Part shown: piece by piece, positions 1 to 11,590 of the stretch
How the letters are laid out: the number at the start of each line of letters is the position of its first letter
How positions within the stretch are numbered: position 1 is the first letter of the stretch
Assembly (NCBI RefSeq): GCF_000315625.1
Contig: NW_005434524.1
Span: 99,871-135,677, forward strand
Length of the DNA stretch: 35,807 nucleotides
Source: Guillardia theta CCMP2712
Taxonomy: Eukaryota > Protista > Cryptophyta
Direction: 5' to 3'
Made by a program: the position numbers and the translations under genes
Notes under the pieces: model-generated
The model's database searches: none
What the model was told of the DNA's origin: nothing
Seen by the model: the letters and a program-made list of their open reading frames with translations, nothing else

Positions 1-53
1 GGGAGGGGGGGAGGAGGGGGAAGCAGGAGCAGGAGGAGAAAGAGGAGGAGCAG

Positions 54-311
54 GAGCTGGCGCAAACCCACGAGAGGGAAGGAAATGAGAAGCTTGAAGA
101 GCTCGTCGAACTTGGTGATGGAGCTGTTGCAAACTATGAGGTGAGAAGAGGAGGAAACGAAGAGGACCAAGACGAGGAGAAGAAAGAGGAGGAGGGAAGA
201 GAAGGAGCAGGAGCAGGATGAGAACAGTGAACAACGGAAGCAGAAAGATAGCAGGACAAGGAGGAGTTTGAGAAGAGCTGGAGAGAGGAGAGGAGGCGGG
301 AGAGGAGGTAG
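54..311 (+). CDS. 3' end of a hypothetical protein gene entering from the left (last two exons)
   Basis: Exon 54-140 (ELAQTHEREGNEKLEELVELGDGAVANYE, donor GAG|GTGAGA) joins in phase 0 to exon 255-311 (DKEEFEKSWREERRRERR-TAG). No recognisable domain. Confidence 0.4.
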
Positions 312-339
312 TTGATAAAGATATCAAAAATGAGCATTC

Positions 340-534
340 ATACCCCATCCCATGTCTCATCGCTTTGAAGATGGCAAACGGCATGATGAGTCCGACGCCA
401 ATAGAGAAGAGAAGAATGTCCACGATGAACTGACAGCATTGACAAACAGAAGTATTTAGAGGTCATTTGTGCTTGTCTTGGACTATCTATCATCTGTCTC
501 CGTCTCTGTTGCTTTGTCTCTCTGTCCTGCACCC

Positions 535-615
<81 letters not shown>

Positions 616-779
616 GCTCCTGCTGCTCCTGCTCCTGCTCCTGCTGCTCCTGCTGCTCCTGCTGCTCCTGCTGCTCCTGCTGCTGCTCCTCCTCCTACTC
701 CTGCTGCTGCTCCTCCGCCTCCTCCTCTCACCAGAGTCGGTCGCATCACCATCGTCGCAAACATGGCAAAGACCGACAT
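340..779 (-). CDS. Possible small membrane protein, ends uncertain
   Basis: Exon 779-732 (MSVFAMFATMVMRPTL, donor CTG|GTGAGA), microsatellite intron 731-430, then an exon from 429 reading FIVDILLFSIGVGLIMPFAIFKAMRHGMG (hydrophobic, TM-like). Stop codon and any upstream exons not resolved. Confidence 0.3.
535..725. repeat. (CCTGCT)n / (CCTGCTGCT)n microsatellite, probably intronic
   Basis: Directly visible; it generates the poly-Leu, Ala-Pro, Gly-Ala and Arg-Ser ORFs in the track. Confidence 0.95.
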
Positions 780-915
780 TGTCGGTCGGGGAGACTATCG
801 GGTCAGAGGGTGGGGGGTACAACTAGCCCGTTTTGTTTAGGCAATTCATAGGGTAGTGTAATTTGAAAGAGGGGGTAGGGGGTACTTGTGTGCTCGGGAA
901 CATGGGTGGTCACTC
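771..915. promoter_or_regulatory. Putative promoter/intergenic segment with GTACCCC motifs
   Basis: Minus-strand GTACCCC at 814-820, AAGTACCCCCTAC at 875-887 and CCCGACCGAC at 781-790. The same motifs recur in other intergenic regions of the window. Confidence 0.4.
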
Positions 916-1551
916 CTAGCGGCTTATGGCGAGGATCAGCAGAGGAGGAAAGACGGCAAGGGAGATAGGGAGGGAGGGAGGAGGAGAGGAGGAGAGGAGA
1001 GGAGGAGGAGGAGAGTGAGTGAAGAGACGGGAGGATAGGAGAGAGGAGGAGAGAGGAGGAGCGAGGAGGAGGAGATACATTAGGAGAGGAGAAAAGATTG
1101 CATCCAGGGATCGACTAGAGCAGGGTTGGAGGTGGAAGATGAAAGGATGGCAATGAAAAGATTGTGCGAGGAGAAACTCATCCGTCGATGACGGGAGAGG
1201 CAGATGATATGTGAAGCATGACATATGAAGCTCAGTCAAACCTGCTCGCTCCATCGGTGGCAGGAACTTTCCCATCCGGATCAGTTTGTTGAGGGCAGTA
1301 GTAGACTAGTATGAGCATATCAACCTGTTATGATATCCTCTCACGATTGAGAACGTTGGTGTTAACTGTAGTGTCAGTGTGGCATGTCAAGCTGAAAAGC
1401 TTGCTTGTCAAGTATCAAGCAGTGATGATAGCCGTTTTCCCCTCCCCACCTTCCCTTCTCACCCTGTCCTTGCAGCAGCTTCTGCTCATCCAGCAACTTC
1501 GCTGGTTCGCCTCCTCCTCCTCCTCTCGTGCTCGCCCTGCGGTTCTTCACC

Positions 1552-2404
1552 ATGAGCAGCAACTTCGTCAACTTCCTCCTCCTCTTCCCATCGATCCTCC
1601 TGCAGGCAAGTGCGTTCCTGGGACCCCTTCCCCTCTCTCCTTCTCGGCACAGACTTGGAGGAGGAGGACAGGTTACATCGCGACCAGCTCCTCGTCTCTC
1701 CTCCTCTCGTCGCAGACTTGGACCCATGAGCATGTGCGAGAGCGGACGTGGCGGGCGGCAGGAAGAGGAGGAGAGACTGTGGGTCTCAATTGCTGGCCGA
1801 CGAGACTTGCTGAGAGCTTCTTCTGGGCTCCTCCTATCTTCCCCTCTGGTATTTCAACCTCTTCCCTCCTCCCTCCTCCCCCCTCCCTCTTCCCTCCTCC
1901 CTCCTCCCCCCTCCCTCCTCCCTCTCCTCCTCCCTCCTCCCTCTTCCCTCTTCCCTCTTCCCTCCTCCCCCCTCCCTCCTCCCTCCTCCCTCCTCCCTCC
2001 TCCCTCCTTCCTCCTCTCCTCTACTTTGACATCTTGATGCCCCACTTCTCCGCCTCCTCCTCGCCACACCTCCTCTCAGCATCGTTCTCGTCCTCATCCT
2101 CCTCCTCCTCATCATGAACATTTTCCTCGCCTTCCCCTCTTTCTGTCAAACTACCAGCTGACTCGCCAGCAGGACGCGTTTGCAGCCACTCAGACGAAGA
2201 CGAGCGGCAGGTCGGTTGTCAGTCTGGTGGGAGGAGAACTTGACTTGGCGAGCAGCGCTGCCATCAGATCGAAGGAGGAGGAGGAGAAAGATCGAGGGGA
2301 GGTAACGTAGAATGGAGGAGGAGGGTGTGGAATTGGGGAAAGGGTGGGAGTTCGAAGCAACATGAGATTACCAGGAGGAGGTAGAGAAGGAGTAGATGGA
2401 GAGG

Positions 2405-2450
<46 letters not shown>

Positions 2451-5400
2451 AACAAGGAAGGAAGGAAGGAAGGAAGGAAGGAAGGAAGGGGGGGGGAGAG
2501 GGAGGGAGGGAGGGAGGGAGCGAGGAAGAGAAGATGGAGAGGAGGAGGAGGAGGAAAGAGGGGAGGGAGAGCAAGGTAATAACACAGTGTGTAGATTATT
2601 TTCTTCCTCTTTGGGGCCCTCCTTGCTGCTGGGGGATATTTCTCGACCCAGCAGCTTCAGTTCGGGCAAGCTACCGATGTAGAGGTGAAGAACTCAAGGC
2701 AAAGTTCCCAGCTGACTGACTGACTGCCAGACAAAAACGTCAAACGATGCAACGGCAGTTGGTACGGTCGATGTCCCCGCTAGCACAAAGGCTGGGAGCT
2801 GGGAGGCTGAAAGATCGCCTGCGGCTGCTGTAGAGGACAGGAAGCCTTTGTTTGGGATCGACTTCTCGTCCATCGGAAAATCAATTTTGCGCAAGGTGAG
2901 GAGGGCGAGCGTGATGAAGGAGCTGCTGAAAGTGTTGACGTGCTTGCTTTGAAGGATGAAGAAGCATCTGCGGAGTTGAAGAGAGAGGAGGAGGAGGCGA
3001 AGAAGAAGTTGGAAGCCAGGGAGAGGGAAGCTAAGGAGAGGGAGGCAAAGGAGAGGGAGGCGAAGGAGAGAGAGGAGGCCAAGAAAAGAGAGGCACAGGA
3101 GAGAGAGGAGGAGGAGGCGAAGAAGAAGGAGTTGGAGAAGGCAGAGAAGGAGCGAGAGGAGAGGGAGAGTCAAGAGAGGGAGAAGGAGGCGAAGCAGAGG
3201 GAGAAGGAAGCGAAGGAGAGGGCAAGGGAGGAGAAGGAGAAGGAAGCCAAGGAGAAACAAGCCAAGGAAAGAGCAGCAAAGGAGGAAGAAGCGAAGAAGA
3301 AGGCTGAGGTAAATGATGTTGTGATGTTCTTCCGATCTTATTCCTCTTCGTTTCCAGCAAGAAAAGAAGAAACTTTCTATGAGAGGTCAGCCGTTGCGAC
3401 CCGCCGACCCCCTCTTCTCCCTCAAACACCTTGCTTCTTGGAACCCTCCTCCATCCCCTTCCTCCTCCTCTTGCTGCTCGTTCCCCTTATCATCAACTTC
3501 GTCATTCCCATCTTCTCTCCTCCTCCTCCTGCTCCTCCTGCTCCTCCTGCTCCTCCATCTCCTCCTCCTAATGTACTAGTAGATCTGGAAGCTGGTAGAG
3601 AGGCCCTCGTCAAAGCGCGGTGACCTCCATTCCCAACGGTCGCCCGTCAACTTTGACCTGTCGACATTCCGCAGGCTCCAGGTGAAGGAGAGCAGGGAGG
3701 ATGCCGCAAAGTTGTCGCAGACTGCGATCGACCTGCTGCAGGTGAACCCCCGCCCACCGCCGAGCCGTCAAGACTGACGTTGTGATGCAGAAATCAGCTC
3801 AGCTCGGGAATGAAGAGGGTCACAAGGAGCTAAAGGTGAGGCGGAGGCGGAGGCGGAGGCGGAGGAGGAGGAGGAGGAGGAGCAGCAGCAGCAGCAGCAA
3901 GGAGGACGAGAAAGAGGAAGGTGGAAGGAGGGAGGACGGAGGACGGAGGAGGGAGGAGGGAGGAGGGACAAAGGAGGAGGTAGAGCGGGGAAGAGAGGTG
4001 TGAGTCGGCAACAAGGCTCAAATTCATTTCCTGCAGGAAGCAGAGAAATTTCGTTCTCGTTGCCTGCAGGAGATCGAGGATCGCGAGATGTACGCTCCTC
4101 CTCCTCCTCCTCTTCCTCTCCTCTCCTCCTCCTCCTCCTCCTCCTCCTCCTCCTCTTCCTCTCCTCTCCTCCTCCTCCTCCTCCTCTTCCTTTCCTCTCT
4201 CCTCCTCTTTTCTTCTCTCTTCCTCTCCTCTCCTCCTCCTCCTCCTCCTCAGTACTCTTTGATCGGCATTTCAACTTGACATCCCGGACGGCAGCTGCAT
4301 CCGAGAGGCTCGGGACCTGCTGGACAAGGGAAAGGAGGCGTTTGGCTCTCAGGTCCGACCTCTCCTCCAGCTGAAAAAGAAACTTTCCACCTCACCCTTC
4401 AATAGAGGCTGAAAGAGGCGCAAACTTTCGTGGAAGCCAGCCGAGACGTGTTCGTCAACGCCTATAGGGTGCGTAGCTCTTGACACGCACCCCTCTCCTC
4501 TCCTCTCCTCTCCCCTGCTCGCCTCTCTCCTCCTCTCTTCTCTTCTCCTCTCCTCTCCCGGCTGAGTCCCAGCAGCTCGGTGCGAAGAATGAAGCCTCCA
4601 AAGCTGAAGAGCTTCTCAAAAAGATCCGCAAGGAAGCTGAGAAAAATTCAGCTGGGGACTTGTCGGGCATCGATGGACCCTCTGGTGAGCTTGAATCTCC
4701 TGCTGGGGGGGGAGCTAAAGGGCGACAGGGGCTGCCGAGGCCATCCAGACAGCGTTTCGCTCCTTCCGTTTCGATTCCCAGCGGATGTTTGCGGGCATCC
4801 AGGTCGTGTCCAGCAGCGGCCAGGCTGTGGAGGGGAGCGAGGAGGGGACGAGGATTCGTATGCTCTACAACCACCTGCCCTTTGAGTATAAGGCTGCCTT
4901 GCTTCAGGTCTGCCTCCTGCCCCTCCATCTTCCAGTCTTCCTCCTTGTCAACTTCCACGTCCTCCTCCTCCTCCGCATCTTGGTCTTCGTTCTCTTCCTG
5001 CATCCCTCCCCCTTTCCCATCTTGCATCATCATTTACATCGTCATCGTCGTCGTTGTCGTCGTCATCATCATCGTCATCTCCATCACTATATCTACATTA
5101 TCATCGTACTCACTATTCTCTTGCAGCCGAAGATTCCCTCGGAGGGAGTCAGCGAGGTCGAGTTCACCATCGTTCAGCCCGGCCTTGCGGTCCTTGCCCT
5201 CCCAGCACGAGCTCAGCTGAACCTCTACTGCAGATGATGGTTGGGGTCAGCCCGAACGTCGAAGACCTCAAGGAGGGAATAGCAGCAGAGGAGGGCTGGA
5301 TGTTCTCGGTGCGCGGGGTGTTTGCGGGTTTCCCAGCTCGCTTTGACATCCTGCGCGACCAGGTGGGCGACGGGTCGGTCTGGCACCTCGACGAGGAAGT

Positions 5401-6530
5401 TTACAGCTCTAGCGAGCAGGGAGACATCTCGAGCCTCGTCCCCTCCACCGGGTTGCTCGCGTCCTTGATAAGGTTGTCTGGACCCTCCAGCTCCTCCGCC
5501 CCTCTCTCCTCCATTCCCATCCTCCTCCTCCTCCTCCCTCTCTCCTCTATTCCCATCCTCCTCCCCCTCCCTCTCTCTGGCGCCTACTCTCTCCTCTTTT
5601 ACCTCCATCTCCTCAACAACCACCTCCTCCTAGAACGTTGTCTCCCTCCTTCCTCTCCCACCTTCTCCTACTCCTCAACTTCCTCGACGTCCTCCGCCCT
5701 CCGCCATCTTCCTCCTGAATCCTCATCTTCCTCCTCCTCCTCCTCCCCTTCCTTCCTCCCCCAGCGTGTGTTGACGAGCTGGCAGGTTCTTCGACATCGG
5801 TCGCTTCTCAAGGAGGAACATGCTCGGCTACAGCTGGGCAGGCGTGAAGTCAGGGGACGTGATCAGAGTGCGGGTGGACCGAGCGTCGAGGAGAATGCAG
5901 GTAAACGAGAAGCAAGAGAGGATGAGGATGAGGATGAGGAACAGAAGGAGATAGGGAAAGGACGAAGAGGAGCAGGACAGGAAGAGGAGCAGCTGGACCA
6001 GCAGGACCAGCAGGACCAGCAGGATGAGCAGGAGTAGCAGGAGGAGCTTGACGAGCAGGAGTAGCAGGAGGAGGGACAGGAGGAGGAAAATGCATGGGAA
6101 TGTGGAGGAAATTGAGGATGCAGGAGGGCAACAGCACGATGACTTTTGCTTCATCTTATCCTCCCCCTCCTTTTCCTGTTCCCTTCCTCTCATTCTTATA
6201 GTCTCTGTGTTGCTTCTCCTGATCTATCCTCTCCTCATTCCCTTCCTCCCTCCTGCTTCTGCCTTTTCATTTGCAGAAGCCTGCTCCCTTCCTGTCTCCT
6301 CCTCCTCCTGTCTCCTCCTCCTGTCTCCTCCTCCTCCTCCTCCCCTCCTGTCTCCTCCTCCTCCTCCTCCTCCTCCTCCTCCTCCTCCTCCTCCTCCATC
6401 AACTCACGAGCCGCAGGTGTTTGTGAACGGAGAGAAACAGCGGGGAGAAGTGACATCTCTCCCTTCCTCCGACCTCTTCTTCTGCCTTGAGCTGATTTCT
6501 TCCCATCAAGAAGTTGCTATCATGGATTAG
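1552..6530 (+). CDS. Multi-exon plastid/thylakoid-targeted protein: tripartite leader, one TM helix, charged coiled coil, helical region, C-terminal SPRY/B30.2-like domain
   Basis: Exons 1552-1848, 2173-2301, 2595-2684, 2731-2895 and 2955-3308 (all phase 0) plus about 13 further short exons splice into one frame ending at TAG 6528-6530. N-terminus MSSNFVNFLLLFPSILLQASA/F, then an S/R-rich transit peptide, then RRDLLRASSGLLLSSPLDAFA. TM segment IIFFLFGALLAAGGYF; EKR-rich coil. C-terminus ...VEFTIVQPGLAMMVGVS...GWMFSVGDG...VKSGDVIRVRVDRASRRMQVFVNGEKQ...LFFCLEL follows the SPRY pattern GDVIG..lD.....F..NG. Confidence 0.75.
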
Positions 6531-6823
6531 AAACCTCTCCCCTTATCGCATGTTTCTCAACAATCCGATCAATAGCAACCTGGGAGATCATTGCGTACGA
6601 AGACAACGCAGGCACCTGATTGCAGTTTTGGGCTTCTTCTATAACTGTTCTAATGCTGCTGCCACAAGTTGAAGATTGTTTCTTCGGAGAGATGATGATT
6701 TGCAGTTACGAAACTTTAGAAAACAACACAAGATTTAAGAGATTGAAAACAATAAGATTAATGACAAGCGGGGTTTTGGGGTGAAAGGTTGTTCTGAAAC
6801 GGCGAAATGTCTTCATGTCTTTT

Positions 6824-8893
6824 TCAAATTTCTGGCAAGGAAAGAGAACTGCCTCTCAAGGTTGAAATCTGAGGTGGCAAATATGAGACAGGCAGGCGGG
6901 CAGGTGGAACTTGAGAGAGAGGCTGGGCAGGAGGATGGGAGGGTGGAGGAGAAGAAGAACGGAGGAGGCGAGAGACTGCGGAGGCGGGGAAGGGGGAGGA
7001 GGGAGAGTGAGAGGGTTGGAGGGGAGCGGAGAGAGAGGGAGGTGGGGGGGCTGGTTGGATCGAGGAGGGTGGTTGGGTCGAAAGAGCTGGAGGGAGTGGG
7101 TATAGGAGGAGGAGGAGGAGGAGGAGGAGGAGGAGGAGGAGGAGGAGGAGAACAGTCGGGGACCAACAAGACTTTGCCTGAGAATGCGTCGGAGATTTGA
7201 TTCTCCTCCGAGGGAGAAAAGTTTTGTTCTTCCTCCTCCTGCTCAGAATCACAAGAAGATGAGAAAACGTTTGACAAGACCAGGTGAGAAAGGAAAGAGA
7301 GGGAGGAAGAGACGTGGGCTGGAAGGAACGGCGTGCGGCAGGAGCAGGGAATGATGAAGAAGAAAGGAAGGTTAGGGTTTGAAAGTGAGGGGATGAGGAG
7401 ACGGAAACAAAGCAGGTTGAGAAGGAGGAGGAAGAGGATGAGGTAGAGGTAGAGGAAGAGGACGGAGACGAGGGAGACATTCTGACCTTATCATTCATAC
7501 CCAGCGATCCGATGATTTCATCGGCCTTGAGATGAACAGTTTACAAGTCAGTTGACACGGGGAGTGGAAACATGATCGCGTAGTGATAATTGGATGCTTG
7601 CACATGATGAGGAAGAACAGAAGAAAGGAAAGGGCAACAAGGGAAAGCGAGCGAGGACAGGGGGAGAGCAGGAGCAGAACATGAGACAAACTTACCACTT
7701 TGGACGCGAGGTCATGGTTGCTTGCGAGAGATTCTCGTGGACTTCTCGATCTTGGTTGCTGCGAGATACCGAATTTTCTTGAGATCCTCTCAAACTTTGG
7801 AGAGCAAAATCAGAACAGTGAAGAGCAAGTGGGGTCCATGTACACATGAACGAAGATTTGCATGCAGTTGGCAGAAGGAGCGACAGGTACAAGCAGAAAG
7901 ACTCACAGCTTTTTCTTTTGCTTGGATGTTTCTCAGATCTTGTAGCAGTCGACCTTGGTCTTCTCTTCTCAACTCTTTCTGCCCTCAACCTGTAACTCCA
8001 AACTTCGTCCTCATTGCACACTAACCAGCAACGTCGCTCTCGTCCCTCCCTGGATATTCGCTCCTTTCACTCCCTCCTTCGTCCTGCCTCGATCCCTCCT
8101 TGACCTGACCTCATCATCACCTGACAATACGCACCAGGAAATTCTTTACCTCTCACCCATCTGCCTTTCCTCTTCACCAGCGAGGCCGTATCGACGAATC
8201 TTTCATCCTGTTGAGTTGCATACCGCCGCGCCTCCCTCCCTTGCTCACCTCTTCCTCGATTCGTCGCAAACGCTCCCTCCTCTCATACTTTCGAATGCGC
8301 ATGAGAGCCTCTCGGTTTCTAGAACCCTGATGTTGGCATGTCAGCCAAGACTCTCTGTGACTTCTCCTCCGCCATCACCCGCAAGCTCCCAGAGTTCACT
8401 TCATGTGAGTGAATCAAGTCAGCTGCCTTGCGCTCCATCTTCGCGTATCTGTCCATCCCATAGCGATCTCCCATGCTCTCCTGCAACTCCTCTCTTTGGG
8501 GCCCGGGATGGGACCGCATGGCCATGAGCAATGCTGCCGCCTGACACGATCCGATCAACTCCTCTAGTTCGCCGAGATCGATGACACCACTTGACAGTCA
8601 AGCTCTCCTTCCTCCTCTCTCCTCTTCCCTTCTCCCTCTTCTGCCTCCCTCTCCTTCCCTCTCTCCTCTCTCCTCTCTCCTCTCTCCTCCTTACCTCTCT
8701 CCTCTCTCCTCTCTCCTCTCTCCTCTCTCCTCTCTCCTCTCTCTTCTCTCCTCTCTCCTCTCTCCTCTCTCCTCTCTCCTCTCTCCTCTCTCCTCTCTCC
8801 TCTCTCCTCTCTCCTCTCCTCCCCGGGCCTCTCCTCCTCTCTCCTTACCATCATCGCAGCCACCGTCACCGGCACTAGCTCACGGCTCCGCAT
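6824..8893 (-). CDS. Multi-exon hypothetical protein with N-terminal signal peptide/anchor
   Basis: Exon 1 MRSRELVPVTVAAMM (donor ATG|GTAAGG) joins at 8540 to AAALLMAMRSHPGPQREELQESM..., followed by in-frame exons GSRNREALMRIRKYERRERLRRIEEE, DERFVDTASLVKRKG, KELRREDQGRLLQDLRNIQAKEKA, FERISRKFGISQQ..., ADEIIGSLGMNDK, EEEEQNFSPSEEN and ISTLRGSSLSLPEI-stop. No known domain seen. Confidence 0.55.
8655..8820. repeat. (TCTCCTC)n heptamer microsatellite in intron 1 of the minus-strand gene
   Basis: Directly visible 7-nt period; gives the ERGERRE / LSSLLSP spurious ORFs. Confidence 0.9.
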
Positions 8894-9233
8894 TGCGGCG
8901 TCTAAAACTGTCAAATCAACTCACCGTTACATATTGTAACGTACTGATGACCCGGCGTGGCCCGACCGACCGGCATCACTGATACGGGCCCGACAGCTCA
9001 GTGAGACCAATCAAATGTACCCCACCCCTTTTCTTCACCTCAGTACCGGTGTATTTTAATATCAAAATGACCGGTTCAAACATACCCCTTACCCTCATCA
9101 TGTCTCATCCCCGAAGTTTTGATTTAGACCGGTGCTTTCTAGTGGTCCAGGACCCGTGTGCCAAGTACCCCTACAAAGGAAACCTAGGTTCGTAAGGGGT
9201 GGGGTGGGTCAGACATAGCTGCTGGAGGCGACA
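8894..9233. promoter_or_regulatory. Putative bidirectional promoter (~340 bp)
   Basis: Lies between two divergent ATGs (8893 minus, 9234 plus) and lacks microsatellites. Contains GTTACATATTGTAAC (8926-8940), CCCGACCGAC (8961-8970), CCAAT (9007), GTACCCC (9017), three ACCGGT (9045, 9070, 9128) and AAGTACCCCTAC (9163-9174). Confidence 0.6.
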
Positions 9234-11285
9234 ATGAGGTGTCGCGGATGGATCTTCTGGTTGCTGGCCATGGCGCTGGTGGTGATCGGTGAGGAGAGGA
9301 GAGGAGAGGAGGAGGAGAGAGAGAGAGAGAGAGAGGAGAGGAGAGGAGGAGAGGGGAGGGGAGGAGAAGACGAGAGAGAGGAGAGGAAAAGGAGGAGAGA
9401 GAGTGGAGAGAAAGAGAGTGGAGATGACAGAGAAGGGGAACGTGACGAGGAGGTCAAGAGGAAGAGATCAACATACGGGGAATTGAGAAGATTCCAAAAG
9501 GAAGGATTGGTTGGAAACGAAGTGGAGTAAGGATGTTGAGGAGCGAGGGACAACAGTGTTCTCAGAGATTATGTTGAGCAGTGAGAACAGGATGAGTGTT
9601 TGGTTTGAATTATTCGTGACTGTCAAATCTATGCTCTTCAGGTGGGATTTTCCTCCGGGACGTTCACCATGTGACACAAGAGCGGATTGTTTCATTGAAG
9701 AAGGACGTGGTTCAGGCAGTTCAGGTCAGCTCGTGTGCTGATGGTATCCTTCTCAACCTCACTTGGTACAGGAGCGCGATGAGTTGAGAAGGGAGCTGGA
9801 GAAAGTGAACAAGTTGCACAGCGAACATCTCAACCAGGCGAAGTCCGTGGAGATTCAGACTGCGCAGCTTCAGTCCGAGAAGGATACTCTGACAAAGCAG
9901 GTGGTGGAGGACGAAGATGTCCAGCCGGATCGCTTCGCGTTGACGGATCGAAATGTGCAGGTGCAGGAGATGAAATCGCAGCTCACCATGTGCAAGGAAG
10001 GGGAGTCGTCCTCCCAGTCGCTCAAGGACAAGGTGTGTGTAGTGCGTGAGATAAGTTAGATGGAGTGAAACTTGGTTGCAGTTGGACCGAGGACTTCAAG
10101 AATGTCACAGGGAGCTGAGCAACATCAAGGTTCTTCCATCACTTGTACAGGACTATGGGTGAAAACGGGAGCAGGAGGAGGTTTCCAAGGAGAAATCAGA
10201 CAAGGTGGAAGTGAAAAGTAAGAGGGAGAGAGAAGAAATATAGTCGTGTCTGATGTCGTGTCAGGACAAGCTGAGATTGAAGTTCAGAACGCTAAGACTT
10301 CCCTAGAAATGTGCAAACAGGTGCGATCGGGAAACATTCTTCGCAAGCAAATTGACTTGCATCGTTCAGGAAGCACAAAAACTCAAAACTGGAGCTGAAG
10401 GCTCCCAGGTTCCGCCATTGCAATACTTGCTTTCTTGCTGATCGACAACATGATTGCAGAAACTTGAAACTGAGCTGAACGAGTGCAAGGTGACCTTAGT
10501 TGGCTTCTACCTGAAATGGTTGACCGTTCTTGTTCAGGGTCATGCGGAGCAACTGCAGAAGGAGCTGCAGACAGCCAAGGAGGCCATCAATGCAGCAGCT
10601 CACAAGGGAGGAGACGCTGCAGCGCCAGCGCCAGCGGCGGCAGAGGTTTTCGTCTGATACAGTGGAAATCGACCGAGTCTGAAGACGAGGGGCAGGCCAA
10701 GGGAACGGGAGGAGGAGCATCATCCCAAGATTCACCGAGCCATCAAGGGGCTGACGGACAAGGTGGACATTGAAGAGCTCTAGAAGCTTGCGATCATCTT
10801 ACCCGGTGGATCAGCTGCTGCTAACCAGGCAGGGAGTGCTCAGCAAGTTGCCGAAGGTGGGAAGAAAGGTACCCAAGTTTATCGATAACCCTTTATTTTG
10901 TTCCTCACGTGTTCGCTCTTCCTTGTTGGCTTACAGAGGAAGGATCGCAACATCAAGCAGCTGACGCTACTCATGGAGCTGCCCATGCTGAGCAGAACCA
11001 GCCTAACGCGCAGCACACTGGCGCCGAGCACGGAAATCAGCAGGGTAACCTCCAGCAGCTATGGGTCGATTGTTTGACGCGAGCTACGAAGCAGGAGCAG
11101 CGGACAATGCGGCGAAAGAGCAGCAGCAGCAAGGTGCTCCGAGTTGTCATGAGCAAGTTGTCCAATCAACACTGACAGGGGTTACAGGAGGAGCAGGAGG
11201 AGCGGCAACAGCGGGAGGAGCGGCAACAGCGGGAGGAGCGGGGGCAGCAGCAGGGGCGGGAGGGGAGAAAGCAGCTGCAAAGTAA
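9234..11285 (+). CDS. Signal-anchored (type II-like) coiled-coil protein with low-complexity Ala/Gly/Gln tail
   Basis: Exon 1 MRCRGWIFWLLAMALVVI-G (donor G|GTGAG) joins GGIFLRDVHHVTQERIVSLKKDVVQAVQ, ERDELRRELEKVNKLHSEHLNQAKSVEIQ..., VQEMKSQLTMCKEG..., KLETELNECK, GHAEQLQKELQTAKEA and others through more than 10 short GT-AG introns; ends EKAAAK-TAA. Confidence 0.7.
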
Positions 11286-11590
11286 AGGGGAAGGAAAGAT
11301 CTCTTTGATCGCGTTCTGCACGGGTCAAGGCAGAGGATCTCGTGCTCACCTCATGCTCATTCCTCGTCTTTCTCCCTGTGACAACCGAGCGCAAGCCGCT
11401 GGAGTGCACGCGGCGGCAAGAAGAGCAAGATGGCAGAACGGCATGATATACCCGTGCCTCGCAACATACTCACTTGCACGCGCGGACCATGACACTTGTA
11501 ACATGTCAAGTGTCAGGCAAGGAAACAGGCTCTGGCAATAATTGGAAAAGTTTACTTGACAGCACACAAGCTTCCTGCTCTGACTGGCCA

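Noticed and set aside
467-840. Poly-Leu, Ala-Pro, Gly-Ala and Arg-Ser ORFs here, and similar low-complexity ORFs throughout the window
   Set aside because: They are translations of stop-free microsatellites that are open in several frames and lie between splice signals.
916-1550. A separate gene between the promoter-like segment and the SPRY gene
   Set aside because: Splice-like signals exist on the minus strand, but I could not assemble a consistent, convincing reading frame.
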